Shown in pieces: positions 48,200 to 56,954 of a stretch of DNA of 64,000 bases. The stretch is from the IMG/VR virus record IMGVR_UViG_3300042350_004191, positions 146,587-210,586 of that record; one strand, written 5' to 3'. The translations under genes and the position numbers were made by a program. Under the pieces are notes generated by a model that had not been told where the DNA came from, did not search any database, and saw only the letters and a program-made list of their open reading frames with translations. Numbering within the stretch: position 1 is the stretch's first letter; each line of letters begins with the position of its first letter.

Positions 48200-48475
48200 T
48201 TAATATTCAATACCTAATACTGTAAAAACGTTGGACTTCAATTCTCCACCAAAATGATTATAATCAAATGTAATCTTTCCGCCTAAATAGAATATCCACT
48301 TTTTATGTAGTGGTTCGTATAGATTTAATCGATATTCTGGACCAAATCTATGTGTAAGTTTTTCTTCATCTCCTTGTTTAGTATATGTAGTATCACCTTT
48401 AAACTTAACATCTAAATCTACGGCATAACTAATGTTAGCCATAACTATCAATATTAATAAAGTTTTTATACCCAT
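48200..48475 (-). CDS. Small secreted beta-strand protein (possible mini outer-membrane protein)
   Basis: Signal-peptide-like N-terminus ending SYA, alternating amphipathic strands, C-terminal VLGIEY. Confidence 0.55.
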   Translation of the reverse strand: MGIKTLLILIVMANISYAVDLDVKFKGDTTYTKQGDEEKLTHRFGPEYRLNLYEPLHKKWIFYLGGKITFDYNHFGGELKSNVFTVLGIEY

Positions 48476-49113
48476 GATAATGCTTTTGATGTGTTGGGAA
48501 AATTATTTATAAAAATATCTTTAATTTTAAAAGCGATTTCTCTGTGCTCTTTCTGTGTATCTTCGTTAGCTCTTAAGTCTATGTAATGAATCCAAGAACG
48601 AATAGAACCAGACATATACATAGTTGTACTAGTGTTTAACGGTAAAACCATTCTTGCACATTCTTTAGCAATTCCTTTACTAATTAATTTATTATATAAA
48701 TCTAAACTTTGGTGTTGTAAACGATCTATATCTTCAAATACTTCCAAATGTTCTGAAATATTAATAGGCTCATCACCAACTTGTCTATTTGTTTTACCTT
48801 GTTTTCGTAATTCAATCCTTTCTAGTTCTGTTGCGGTTGAATAACGTTGACTAAATTCTTGAAATGAAAAACTGCGATGTCTTAAAATTTGTGCAGCAAT
48901 AGCTCTACTTGTTTGTATTTCCATACACATAGAAACCATTTCAAAAGGACTCCAGTGTTTATGTTTAATAAGATAGCTCAAAAGCTTTGGAGCAGTTTCT
49001 GTGTTAAGTTGGTTAGAAGGATTACTAACCCTTGCACAGTAAGCTATTAATTCTTCAGGACTGCTCATACCAGTTGTTACTGGGTTTGATAAGGATATAA
49101 GTTTAACGTTCAT
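48466..49113 (-). CDS. thyX: Flavin-dependent thymidylate synthase
   Basis: HWSPFE, QILRHRSFSFQEFSQRY, ECAR.VLP, R.....QKEHR. Confidence 0.97.
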   Translation of the reverse strand: MNVKLISLSNPVTTGMSSPEELIAYCARVSNPSNQLNTETAPKLLSYLIKHKHWSPFEMVSMCMEIQTSRAIAAQILRHRSFSFQEFSQRYSTATELERIELRKQGKTNRQVGDEPINISEHLEVFEDIDRLQHQSLDLYNKLISKGIAKECARMVLPLNTSTTMYMSGSIRSWIHYIDLRANEDTQKEHREIAFKIKDIFINNFPNTSKALSWV

Positions 49114-49325
49114 GATTTTCTAGGTAACAAAATAGCATATTCATCAGAATCATCTAAATTAACTTCTCTATATTCCCCCATCCAAGGCTTATGATCCTTG
49201 TTATATTCAATAGGAACATATTCAATATGCGTAACTTCATCAAAATCTCCCTCATAGCCATCTACGACAACTTTTAAGTCTTGATCTTGTTGTTTTAAAA
49301 TCTCAATAAGTTTTCTTACTGTCAT
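49110..49325 (-). CDS. Hypothetical protein
   Basis: 71 aa, MTVRKLIEILK...VVVDGYEG. Confidence 0.65.
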   Translation of the reverse strand: MTVRKLIEILKQQDQDLKVVVDGYEGDFDEVTHIEYVPIEYNKDHKPWMGEYREVNLDDSDEYAILLPRKS

Positions 49326-49623
49326 TTTCTTTTAAAATTCTAATCTCTTCTAATGTTTCTTGTTTGAATTTTTCAAAATCTTCTTTGAAAAAGAGATCAA
49401 TAAAAATGTTAGTTAATACATACGCTAACACAGGTATACATAAAAAAGTTATAATCAATATTTTTTTCATATACAAACTAATGCTTTTTTATCTTTTGGT
49501 TCTATAGGTTTTGGTGTCTGATCATTTTGATCAGAACCAAAACACTCTATTAAAAAAACTATTAATATCAGCAAGCCAAAAGCAAACCAAAATTTCCATG
49601 TATTCTTAAAATAAGAATTCATA

Positions 49624-50385
49624 TTATGTCCAGAAAAACTCTCTGTTTTTAACAAACCAATTAATAGTTTTTGTGTCTGTATCAAACAATTCTTTTTCGA
49701 GTTTGTTATGTTTACTATATGTTGCTTCGTAATTAAAAACGCCTTTTTTCTCTACAGGTTTTTTTGTTGCTTCATCTAAAGCTATCTCAATTTTTTGTAG
49801 ATGTTTTGGTCTATTAATCTCGATCCATTCAATAACTTGTTTAAGTTCTTTATAAAACTTTTTATGAGTTTTATCGGACTCCCAATTAACATGTCCCTGT
49901 GAAACTTCTTCATGAAAGAAATCTGAAATAAGAGCGAAATTTGAAGTTACGACTAAATCAGTAATATCGCCCCACTCATGCCTCGGTAAAACTTTTCTCC
50001 AACGAGGGTGACATGGTTTAATGTAATTTCTTACAGCCCATTTTAAATCACGCAACGGCCAGTAGAGTTTAGTCTTAACGAGTGCATAAGCAGGGTTAGA
50101 GTAGCTAAAAATCCAATAACGAAAAAAATATTGAATAGGGTATTCTTGTTTAATTTGTTTATAGAAATCTGCCCATCCTTTTTCTTTTGTTTCTTTTCTT
50201 CCAAAAAAATCAAAAGGTAAAGAAATAGGAGGTTTGTATAAACCATACCATTCTCTTTCTTTTTTAGACTTAGAGAAATATTCATCAACAGTTTTTACAT
50301 TGATACTCGGAATTCTTAAAAGATTAAATCTTTTTTTTCTCATATCAGGTAAGTTTATACTTTTAGTAAGTGTGTCTTTATTCAT
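49624..50385 (-). CDS. Hypothetical protein
   Basis: 253-aa ORF. Confidence 0.7.
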   Translation of the reverse strand: MNKDTLTKSINLPDMRKKRFNLLRIPSINVKTVDEYFSKSKKEREWYGLYKPPISLPFDFFGRKETKEKGWADFYKQIKQEYPIQYFFRYWIFSYSNPAYALVKTKLYWPLRDLKWAVRNYIKPCHPRWRKVLPRHEWGDITDLVVTSNFALISDFFHEEVSQGHVNWESDKTHKKFYKELKQVIEWIEINRPKHLQKIEIALDEATKKPVEKKGVFNYEATYSKHNKLEKELFDTDTKTINWFVKNREFFWT

Positions 50386-50406
50386 AGTTAAAATGTATAT
50401 ATGCTT

Positions 50407-50682
50407 TTAAAGTTCCCAAGCATCCGCATCACAGTCCCAATGTCTATTATCATAAAAATTTAATGTAAATTCTAGTCCTAAGAAACAAATCTCAAAACGA
50501 ATACCCGCATGATCTTTGCCTGTGAAGCTCATATCTAATTCTAATTTAAATAAAAAATAATTAGAATATAAAATTTCAAGTTCTAATGATTTATTTTTTG
50601 TTAAAGGTCTGTAAAAAGATAATAGAGTTTTAAATTTGTTTTTCTTTTGGAAGAAATTATAAACATGTATTAAAACTAGCAT
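50407..50682 (-). CDS. Hypothetical protein
   Basis: 91 aa; TTGACT-17-TATTAT promoter with ATG 6 nt after the -10 box. Confidence 0.6.
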   Translation of the reverse strand: MLVLIHVYNFFQKKNKFKTLLSFYRPLTKNKSLELEILYSNYFLFKLELDMSFTGKDHAGIRFEICFLGLEFTLNFYDNRHWDCDADAWEL

Positions 50683-50739
50683 TGTGTTATAATAATATAA
50701 CTGGCAATAAAAGTCAAGAAATTTGGGTAAATATTTTAT

Positions 50740-50910
50740 ATGAATAAATCATTCGAAACTTTCTTTGGAGAAATTATTGAAGAAGAAAAAGCAAAAAGAG
50801 ATCGCTGTTTAAAAAAAGCTGATCAAGTCTATGGTAAAAAAACAAGTGCATACAAATCTGGTGCTGTAGTAAAATGTCGCCAAGGTAAAATATGGAAAAA
50901 GAAAAAATAA
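50740..50910 (+). CDS. 56-aa basic protein (not in ORF track)
   Basis: MNKSFETFFGEIIEEEKAKRDRC...SAYKSGAVVKCRQGKIWKKKK; GGTAAATA box at 50726-50733. Confidence 0.75.
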   Translation: MNKSFETFFGEIIEEEKAKRDRCLKKADQVYGKKTSAYKSGAVVKCRQGKIWKKKK

Positions 50911-51167
50911 ACCTAAAAGAAATCTTATTTGAAGTTTTAGAAGAAGGTTTTGAAAAAGAAGAGAAGCAAGGTCTTCATGGTTGGTTTTCTAGAAATAAGG
51001 GTAAGGGTTGGGTAGATTGTAAAACTGGAAAGCCTTGTGGTAGACAGAAAGGTGAAAAAAGAAGAAGTTATCCTGCTTGCCGCCCAACCAAATCTATGTG
51101 CAATTCTAGAAAAAGACATAAAAAAGGATCTAAAAGAATTTCTTGGAAAAAAGGAGATAAAGCATGA
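50892..51167 (+). CDS. Small basic Cys-containing protein
   Basis: VLEEG start then GLHGWF...WVDC...CGR...YPACRP. Confidence 0.7.
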   Translation: MEKEKINLKEILFEVLEEGFEKEEKQGLHGWFSRNKGKGWVDCKTGKPCGRQKGEKRRSYPACRPTKSMCNSRKRHKKGSKRISWKKGDKA

Positions 51168-51391
51168 ATTTAATAAAAATTATAGAAGAGGAGTTATCTG
51201 AGAAAAAAACTTATGTTGTTTCTAGTTATAAATTTGGATATAAAAAAGAGACACAAGCTTCTTCTGAAAGAGAAGCAAAAAGTAATGTAGCTTTTAATTT
51301 TGCTGAAGAGTTTTCTAAAAAAACTGGAAAACCTGAAGGAGTTCTTAGAAAAGATTTTTTTAATTCTGCTACAGTTAGAATTAAAAAGTAG
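51164..51391 (+). CDS. Hypothetical protein
   Basis: ATGA overlap; IIEEELSE start. Confidence 0.6.
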   Translation: MNLIKIIEEELSEKKTYVVSSYKFGYKKETQASSEREAKSNVAFNFAEEFSKKTGKPEGVLRKDFFNSATVRIKK

Positions 51392-51461
51392 CGGGAGAGG
51401 GAATCGAACCCCCGACCTTCTGGTTATGAGCCAGACTATCTACCACTGATAATATCCCGCA
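51389..51461 (-). tRNA. tRNA-Met (CAT), initiator-like
   Basis: TGCGGGA/TCCCGCT with 1:72 mismatch, TCTGG-CTCATAA-CCAGA, variable loop AGGTC, TTCGATT. Confidence 0.85.
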
Positions 51462-51468
51462 ATTTAAA

Positions 51469-51540
51469 AGCCCCTGTAGAGATTTGCGCTCTACTCTCCC
51501 GATTACAAATCGGGTGCATCGCTATCTATGCTTCAAGGGC
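51469..51540 (-). tRNA. tRNA-Thr (TGT) with non-canonical T-loop
   Basis: GCCCTTG/CAGGGGC, CCCGA-TTTGTAA-TCGGG, T-arm TAGAG-CGCAAAT-CTCTA. Confidence 0.8.
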
Positions 51541-51546
51541 GATATT

Positions 51547-51795
51547 TTACTTACTTTTCTTTTTTGTTTTCTTTTTTAAAGCTGACAATTCTTTACTTAA
51601 TTGTTTAGATGTTGTGCGAATATATGAATTTGTATCTTTTTTAGGTCCACTAAATTCTATTAAATATCTAAACCAACGAAAACCGATTTTAAAATAAGAA
51701 CCACCATTAAAGTATGATAATTTAGGAATGGGTTTTGAATCAAAAACAGGAATTTTACCAGACCACACCGAATACTTAGAAAAATTTAAAATCAT
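51547..51795 (-). CDS. Hypothetical protein
   Basis: 82-aa ORF. Confidence 0.5.
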   Translation of the reverse strand: MILNFSKYSVWSGKIPVFDSKPIPKLSYFNGGSYFKIGFRWFRYLIEFSGPKKDTNSYIRTTSKQLSKELSALKKKTKKKSK

Positions 51796-51796
51796 A

Positions 51797-52381
51797 TTAT
51801 TTGTATAAATTTAGATACTTCTCGTAATTTTTCAAGTATTCATTTTTAGGTAAAAAAACTTTTGGCATTTTTCCATAAATTTTTTTATTTTGATACGGAA
51901 ACGGATACCATTTTTTATCTCTATAAGTTGCCCAATACGACAAAATATACGCATTCGCTTTTTGAATGTATGTTTCTTTATCAAATGGAATTTTATATTT
52001 TATATATTTTTTAACAGTTCTTATTTCACAATCAAGTTCCAATAAAATTGCGCTATTAATAGATTTTAATAGGTTTTTTTCTTTTATATTTTCACCCTTT
52101 AACCATTTATCTAAAGAATCTATCGGGTCTGAATTTTTAACCCATAAAGATTTTTTATCTAAAAATTGGTCCATGTGACAAGATTCATGAATAAGAATAG
52201 AAATCCATTCAGATTCTTTTTTGTTTACCGATGCAGCCAAAGTTGTTTCATCAAAAAAACCACTACATTCGATCTGTTCATTAAGTCGAATGGTTTTTTC
52301 AGCAACCAAACTAAGATTAATTTTGTTTTTGATACAAGTGACAGCTATATCACCTAATAAGTTTTTAAGATTGTTTTTCAT
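51797..52381 (-). CDS. Zincin-like HExxH protein
   Basis: LIHESCH...Q followed by distal ELDCE. Confidence 0.6.
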   Translation of the reverse strand: MKNNLKNLLGDIAVTCIKNKINLSLVAEKTIRLNEQIECSGFFDETTLAASVNKKESEWISILIHESCHMDQFLDKKSLWVKNSDPIDSLDKWLKGENIKEKNLLKSINSAILLELDCEIRTVKKYIKYKIPFDKETYIQKANAYILSYWATYRDKKWYPFPYQNKKIYGKMPKVFLPKNEYLKNYEKYLNLYK

Positions 52382-52829
52382 TTAAGGAGTCCCAATATTT
52401 GGCTACGTCTGGATTAGTTGGTGCATAATCTACTTTATCGGCTTCTTCTTTTGAAAGAATTTTTATATATCCTTGTGTTGATTGGCATTTGTAACCAGCT
52501 TTACCTGTATTTTCACAGATATGTGCGCTTTGTTTTTCTGCATCTTGAATTATAGCCGAAAAAATACGATTAATAGTATCAGTATAAGTTTCTACTCTAT
52601 AGTAGAATCGAAGCGTTCCAAATTTTTCTTTAATTTGTTCTGCAACTAATTGCACATGTGTAATGTCACACATATACTGAATTTTATGCATAGTTTCATC
52701 AAGAAGTTCATACCAACCATCATTACATTCCATACCCCAATGCATACAAGTTTTTTTCTTGTCACCACCATATTCTTTTAGAATTTTAGGATATTTCTCA
52801 ACAAGCTTGAGTTCTAATTCTTTAGTCAT
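52365..52829 (-). CDS. Conserved phage hypothetical protein
   Basis: CNDGWY.L, QIKEKFGTLRFY, ICE.TG. Confidence 0.7.
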   Translation of the reverse strand: MTKELELKLVEKYPKILKEYGGDKKKTCMHWGMECNDGWYELLDETMHKIQYMCDITHVQLVAEQIKEKFGTLRFYYRVETYTDTINRIFSAIIQDAEKQSAHICENTGKAGYKCQSTQGYIKILSKEEADKVDYAPTNPDVAKYWDSLNEKQS

Positions 52830-52843
52830 TTCCGTTAATATTA

Positions 52844-53941
52844 CTATAATTTGTCAGAAATGTCAAAGTATTCTTTTATCAAAGTTATATATTGTTTTTT
52901 ATTCGGTTCTTTATTATCCAATAAATTAAAAACTAAAGAAGAATATTCTGATTTGTAATTTTGTAAAATAGCTTCGGCTTGTTCTTTTCTGGTTTCATAT
53001 TTTTGAATGACCAAAACAAATCTTTTCATTTTATCAATCGCTGTTTTAACCTTTTCACTCGCTTCCACCAATTTAAGGATTTGTGAGGATAACTGTTCGG
53101 CAATTTCATAATCAAAATTTTTCTCTATAATATCATAAAAATCTTGATAATTTGGCATGTTGTTATCAACATAATATTCAATCAAATTATTTTCAGAACT
53201 TAATTGAGACTTTATTTTATGGAGAAAACAGTACCAGTCTGATTTAATTTTAATTTTATTTTGATTATTGTTATAGCTTACTACTATTCCCTCTTTACCT
53301 TTCCAGTCTTTTATAAGTTTAGAAATTTCCAAGAGACTTTGGTTGTCCTCGAATTTGTAATGTTTAGGTGTTGGAGGGTTTCCAATAGCTTGTTTAATTT
53401 CTTCTAATGCTGCTAAAGGTAACATTTTTAATGTATCTTTATCTACCGCACCTAAAAAACAAAAATCAACATCTTGGGGTCTTATAACAATAACATTATT
53501 AGGAGTTACAATTTCAAACAATAAAGAAAGTTTGGAATCGAAAGGAAAATATTCTAAAATTTTAGGATATTTTTCTGGTAAAAGTTCAAAGTCTTTCCAG
53601 TTTTCTTGGGTCAGATAAGAAGCAGTTCCTCTGGTTCTCATGTTAAATCGACCATTTACATAATCACATATTACAAGAGAACCATCTATTTTTTCTTCGA
53701 CATACCAAGTAAATTTTTCTGGATCTGGATAACAATCTGGTTTTTCCCCTAAATTAAAAAATTTAGGAAAACCTGAAGATAATACATAACCTTCTTTATC
53801 TACGATTAAAGAGCGATAAATTAAATTTTCTGCATTCCATTCAGCATCTATTTTTGGGATTATTAAATACGAAGAAATGCCACAAAATTCGTGTTCATAT
53901 AAACCAAAACCCTTATCTGGATCTGGTAATTTAACTTTCAT
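52844..53941 (-). CDS. rnlA: RNA ligase 1 (T4 RnlA-like)
   Basis: YRSLIVD, FPKFFN, motif I EEKIDGSL, LLFEI, KEGIVV, KIKIKS..Y. Confidence 0.9.
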   Translation of the reverse strand: MKVKLPDPDKGFGLYEHEFCGISSYLIIPKIDAEWNAENLIYRSLIVDKEGYVLSSGFPKFFNLGEKPDCYPDPEKFTWYVEEKIDGSLVICDYVNGRFNMRTRGTASYLTQENWKDFELLPEKYPKILEYFPFDSKLSLLFEIVTPNNVIVIRPQDVDFCFLGAVDKDTLKMLPLAALEEIKQAIGNPPTPKHYKFEDNQSLLEISKLIKDWKGKEGIVVSYNNNQNKIKIKSDWYCFLHKIKSQLSSENNLIEYYVDNNMPNYQDFYDIIEKNFDYEIAEQLSSQILKLVEASEKVKTAIDKMKRFVLVIQKYETRKEQAEAILQNYKSEYSSLVFNLLDNKEPNKKQYITLIKEYFDISDKL

Positions 53942-53943
53942 AA

Positions 53944-54354
53944 TTAAAAGTCTTCAACTCTAAAAAACTCTCTTCTATTTTTCATTTTTTCCACAACTTC
54001 TTGAGGAACATCGTGAATATTTTTATATTCAGTTGTTAAGTGTTCGATTATGATGTTATATCCATGTTTTTTGGCTAATTCAATATAAGGCTTTGCTTCT
54101 TTTTTGGTTGTCATAGTATTAGAAACAATAACAGCCTCACCTAATTCCATGGCCTTTTCTGTTGCTTTTCTGCACCAAGAATGACATTCGCCTAATTTTT
54201 TAGGAGAAAACCAGTAATCACCATTACGATTGATCATCAACATATCAGCTTCATAATGATGCCTAATACCTTTTTCGTGCATTAATTTTTTAGCGCGAGT
54301 AGTTTTACCTGCGCCAGAATGTCCAGTTATCAAATATAATAATTTTTGTTTCAT
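53944..54354 (-). CDS. P-loop polynucleotide kinase-like (AAA_33)
   Basis: GHSGAGKTT, EAD, IVSNT, N.HDVP.E...KM. Confidence 0.85.
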   Translation of the reverse strand: MKQKLLYLITGHSGAGKTTRAKKLMHEKGIRHHYEADMLMINRNGDYWFSPKKLGECHSWCRKATEKAMELGEAVIVSNTMTTKKEAKPYIELAKKHGYNIIIEHLTTEYKNIHDVPQEVVEKMKNRREFFRVEDF

Positions 54355-55049
54355 ATTCTATACTCCCATATTTCGTTAATATTTAAAAGTTTGTGAAAAC
54401 AGTCATTTATTTCCTCTGACCAACTGCTATGAAAATGCCCATAACAATGTATCTTGGGTCTGCAAATAGCAAACAATTGATCCATTTTGCTTCTTTCTTC
54501 TAATAAATCAGAGATTAAATTTTTATCTTCCTTGGACCAACCATAAACTATTTCATTAAACTTTTGAGGAAAACAATATGAAGGTGCTGTGTGAGTAATT
54601 AAAAAATCTACCTTTTCACATTTATCAGGCTGATAGTCAACTTTTTCCCCAGACCAATATGATACACCTTCTCTGCGAGCCAGTCTATCAATAGAAGTTG
54701 CACCGCCTATAAATTGAATTTTTTTATCACCATATTGAGCTACTGTATAATCTTCTATTAATTCAAAATTACTCAGAACAACTCTGTTATCGCCTTTAAA
54801 GTAAGAAGGGTCTGAATGGTTTCCTCTTATACTCAGATAATTTATATTTTTTTCTTTAAACTTATCATTTAAAGATTCAAATTGTTTCATCTGTTGATCT
54901 TTTGGAGAAAACCCTTCACCACCATCACCGACATGAATTAAATAACAATCTCTTATATCGTAGTTATTGATATAAAAAAATACTTCATACCAATTACCAT
55001 GGGTATCGCCTAAAACGTAGATAGGAAGAAATGAATCTAAAATTTTCAC
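54351..55049 (-). CDS. Calcineurin-like metallophosphoesterase
   Basis: GDTHG, VGD, RGNHS, ITHTAP, YGHFH. Confidence 0.9.
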   Translation of the reverse strand: MKILDSFLPIYVLGDTHGNWYEVFFYINNYDIRDCYLIHVGDGGEGFSPKDQQMKQFESLNDKFKEKNINYLSIRGNHSDPSYFKGDNRVVLSNFELIEDYTVAQYGDKKIQFIGGATSIDRLARREGVSYWSGEKVDYQPDKCEKVDFLITHTAPSYCFPQKFNEIVYGWSKEDKNLISDLLEERSKMDQLFAICRPKIHCYGHFHSSWSEEINDCFHKLLNINEIWEYRI

Positions 55050-55087
55050 CCATCATTTATATCAGATAATTGGTAGCGTGTCAAGTA

Positions 55088-55294
55088 TTAAAGACCGTCT
55101 TTCTTTTTTATATCGAATGTAAAGTTTTGATACATTTTAATATGATCAGATCTAAAATGTAAAATACTACCACCATCTTCCATAACAACAGTCCATATAT
55201 CATTTTCAAACGTCCCTCCGTTTGTAACATATATAGCATATGCATTACCCACAGGAGTAACTACTGGTATAGGTGTTCTAAATTCTAACATCAT
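55088..55294 (-). CDS. Hypothetical protein
   Basis: 68-aa ORF in operon. Confidence 0.6.
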   Translation of the reverse strand: MMLEFRTPIPVVTPVGNAYAIYVTNGGTFENDIWTVVMEDGGSILHFRSDHIKMYQNFTFDIKKKDGL

Positions 55295-55551
55295 TTTATG
55301 ATATTTAAAAACACTGGGGTTTGTTCTCCTACATAGGCTCCCTGAACATTAAACTCGAAATATTCTTCAGCTTCCTCTTCGGACATGTCTTTCATTAATT
55401 CTTTGATACAAAGTGACCTATCATAGATTGCTATAGGTGTTCTAAACTGCCAACCTATACCAACAAAAGCTTTTTCAAAACCATCAGCCAATAATACTGT
55501 TTCATCTTCAGATAAAACATTTTTAATTTGATTTTTAATTTTTTTATTCAT
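55291..55551 (-). CDS. Conserved phage hypothetical protein
   Basis: LADGFEKAFVG...EEA.EYFEFNVQGAYVGEQTP. Confidence 0.7.
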   Translation of the reverse strand: MNKKIKNQIKNVLSEDETVLLADGFEKAFVGIGWQFRTPIAIYDRSLCIKELMKDMSEEEAEEYFEFNVQGAYVGEQTPVFLNIIK

Positions 55552-56234
55552 TTGCTAAAAGGAGTTGAAGCATTACCATCATGATGATCAGTTTTAAATT
55601 TTGATTTATTACGCATAATAGTTGCTATTTCACCATAGGTTAGTGGGTATGGATTGACCTCTACGGATACTTCCAAGTTAGTTCCACCGTTATTGACATA
55701 CATACGTCCTAGTTCGCTGTTTGTAAGAGAACCGTGGACATGACTAAAAAGCATCCAAGAACCCTTTCCTGCACCATTCCAAGACAAAACCGGATAGTGG
55801 CACATGACAATAGGTTGACCATTAATATATGCTTCCAAATAGTTTGGAACAAATATTACTTCTTTATGATAACCATCAATATAAAGTGTATTATCTTTGA
55901 TACTTTCAAATGCTTGTTTCCAACCCGCTGTGTGATTTCCAGACATGATAAACAAACGCTGAAACTTTAAACGGCGCATGAGCTTTGTAAATTCTTCTAG
56001 TCCACCATAACCAAACATGGTGTCACCAAGAAGAAATCCAATAGTTTTATCTGATGCTTTACTATTCCAGTTTAAAACAATAGCTTCATCATGCTCCTGT
56101 ACAGAATCAAAACCTCTGCGTTTCCAAATAGGGATATCCCACTTTGGATCGTGATGCCAGTGCAAGCAACCCCAAAAAAGAATTTCGTGGTTCTTTGCTT
56201 CTTGGCGTACATAATTATAAAATAGACCCTTCAT
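55548..56234 (-). CDS. Calcineurin-like phosphoesterase (variant first motif)
   Basis: GCLHWHH, LLGD, GNH, CHYP..SW, SHVH. Confidence 0.8.
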   Translation of the reverse strand: MKGLFYNYVRQEAKNHEILFWGCLHWHHDPKWDIPIWKRRGFDSVQEHDEAIVLNWNSKASDKTIGFLLGDTMFGYGGLEEFTKLMRRLKFQRLFIMSGNHTAGWKQAFESIKDNTLYIDGYHKEVIFVPNYLEAYINGQPIVMCHYPVLSWNGAGKGSWMLFSHVHGSLTNSELGRMYVNNGGTNLEVSVEVNPYPLTYGEIATIMRNKSKFKTDHHDGNASTPFSK

Positions 56235-56517
56235 CTTCGTCCTTATGATCTTCGCAGAATTTGGTCAAAGAGTCAACAACAAAATCTTCAAAAGTCATAT
56301 CTGCTTTATTTGCAGCAACAATAATATTGATTAATTCTTCTTTGGAAAACTCATTCAAATCAATTTCAAGTTCTTCGTGAGGAGTTAATTTCAAACCACT
56401 TTTGTCTTCGCTTAATTCAATAGTAAATTTTGTATTAGGTTTAAATCCAAGTTGATCCATTTCTTCATCTGTAAATTGGATAAAGTATTCTTCTTTTTTC
56501 TGTACAGTTTTGATCAT
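56215..56517 (-). CDS. AbrB/MazE-like small regulator
   Basis: YFIQFTDEEMDQLGFKPNTKFTIEL swapped-hairpin pattern. Confidence 0.5.
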   Translation of the reverse strand: MIKTVQKKEEYFIQFTDEEMDQLGFKPNTKFTIELSEDKSGLKLTPHEELEIDLNEFSKEELINIIVAANKADMTFEDFVVDSLTKFCEDHKDEDEGSIL

Positions 56518-56555
56518 AGTATTTAAAATATAACAGGAAAAAAATTAAATGCAAA

Positions 56556-56954
56556 TTAAATCTTTGGTAAAAATTTAGCAGTAGTATTGTTTTTATCTTG
56601 ACCCCAATCTACTAATAAAACATCAATCTTTGCCATTATACAAAGAGTGCAAACTTCAACACTGTCATCAATATGAAGTTCACTTTTGAGTTGTTTTAAA
56701 AATGGAACTTTATTTGTTCCTTCTGTGCATACAATTGATTTAATAGGAATTTTATATCCTTTACAGAAATCATTTACTTGTTCTTTGTTTGACCAATTTC
56801 TAAAAGTTACTATATGAATCTCAGATCCTTTTTTGTGTTGATCCATAAGATAGTTAATCACCCTTGGAACAGGCGTTAATGTTTCACCACCCCAAGCACC
56901 GTTTGAAGTAGCGGCAATCGTATCATCAAAATCGCAAGTGATTACCTTTTTCAT
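56556..56954 (-). CDS. HAD-superfamily phosphatase
   Basis: DFDDT motif I, IVTFR, K, HIDDS. Confidence 0.8.
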   Translation of the reverse strand: MKKVITCDFDDTIAATSNGAWGGETLTPVPRVINYLMDQHKKGSEIHIVTFRNWSNKEQVNDFCKGYKIPIKSIVCTEGTNKVPFLKQLKSELHIDDSVEVCTLCIMAKIDVLLVDWGQDKNNTTAKFLPKI

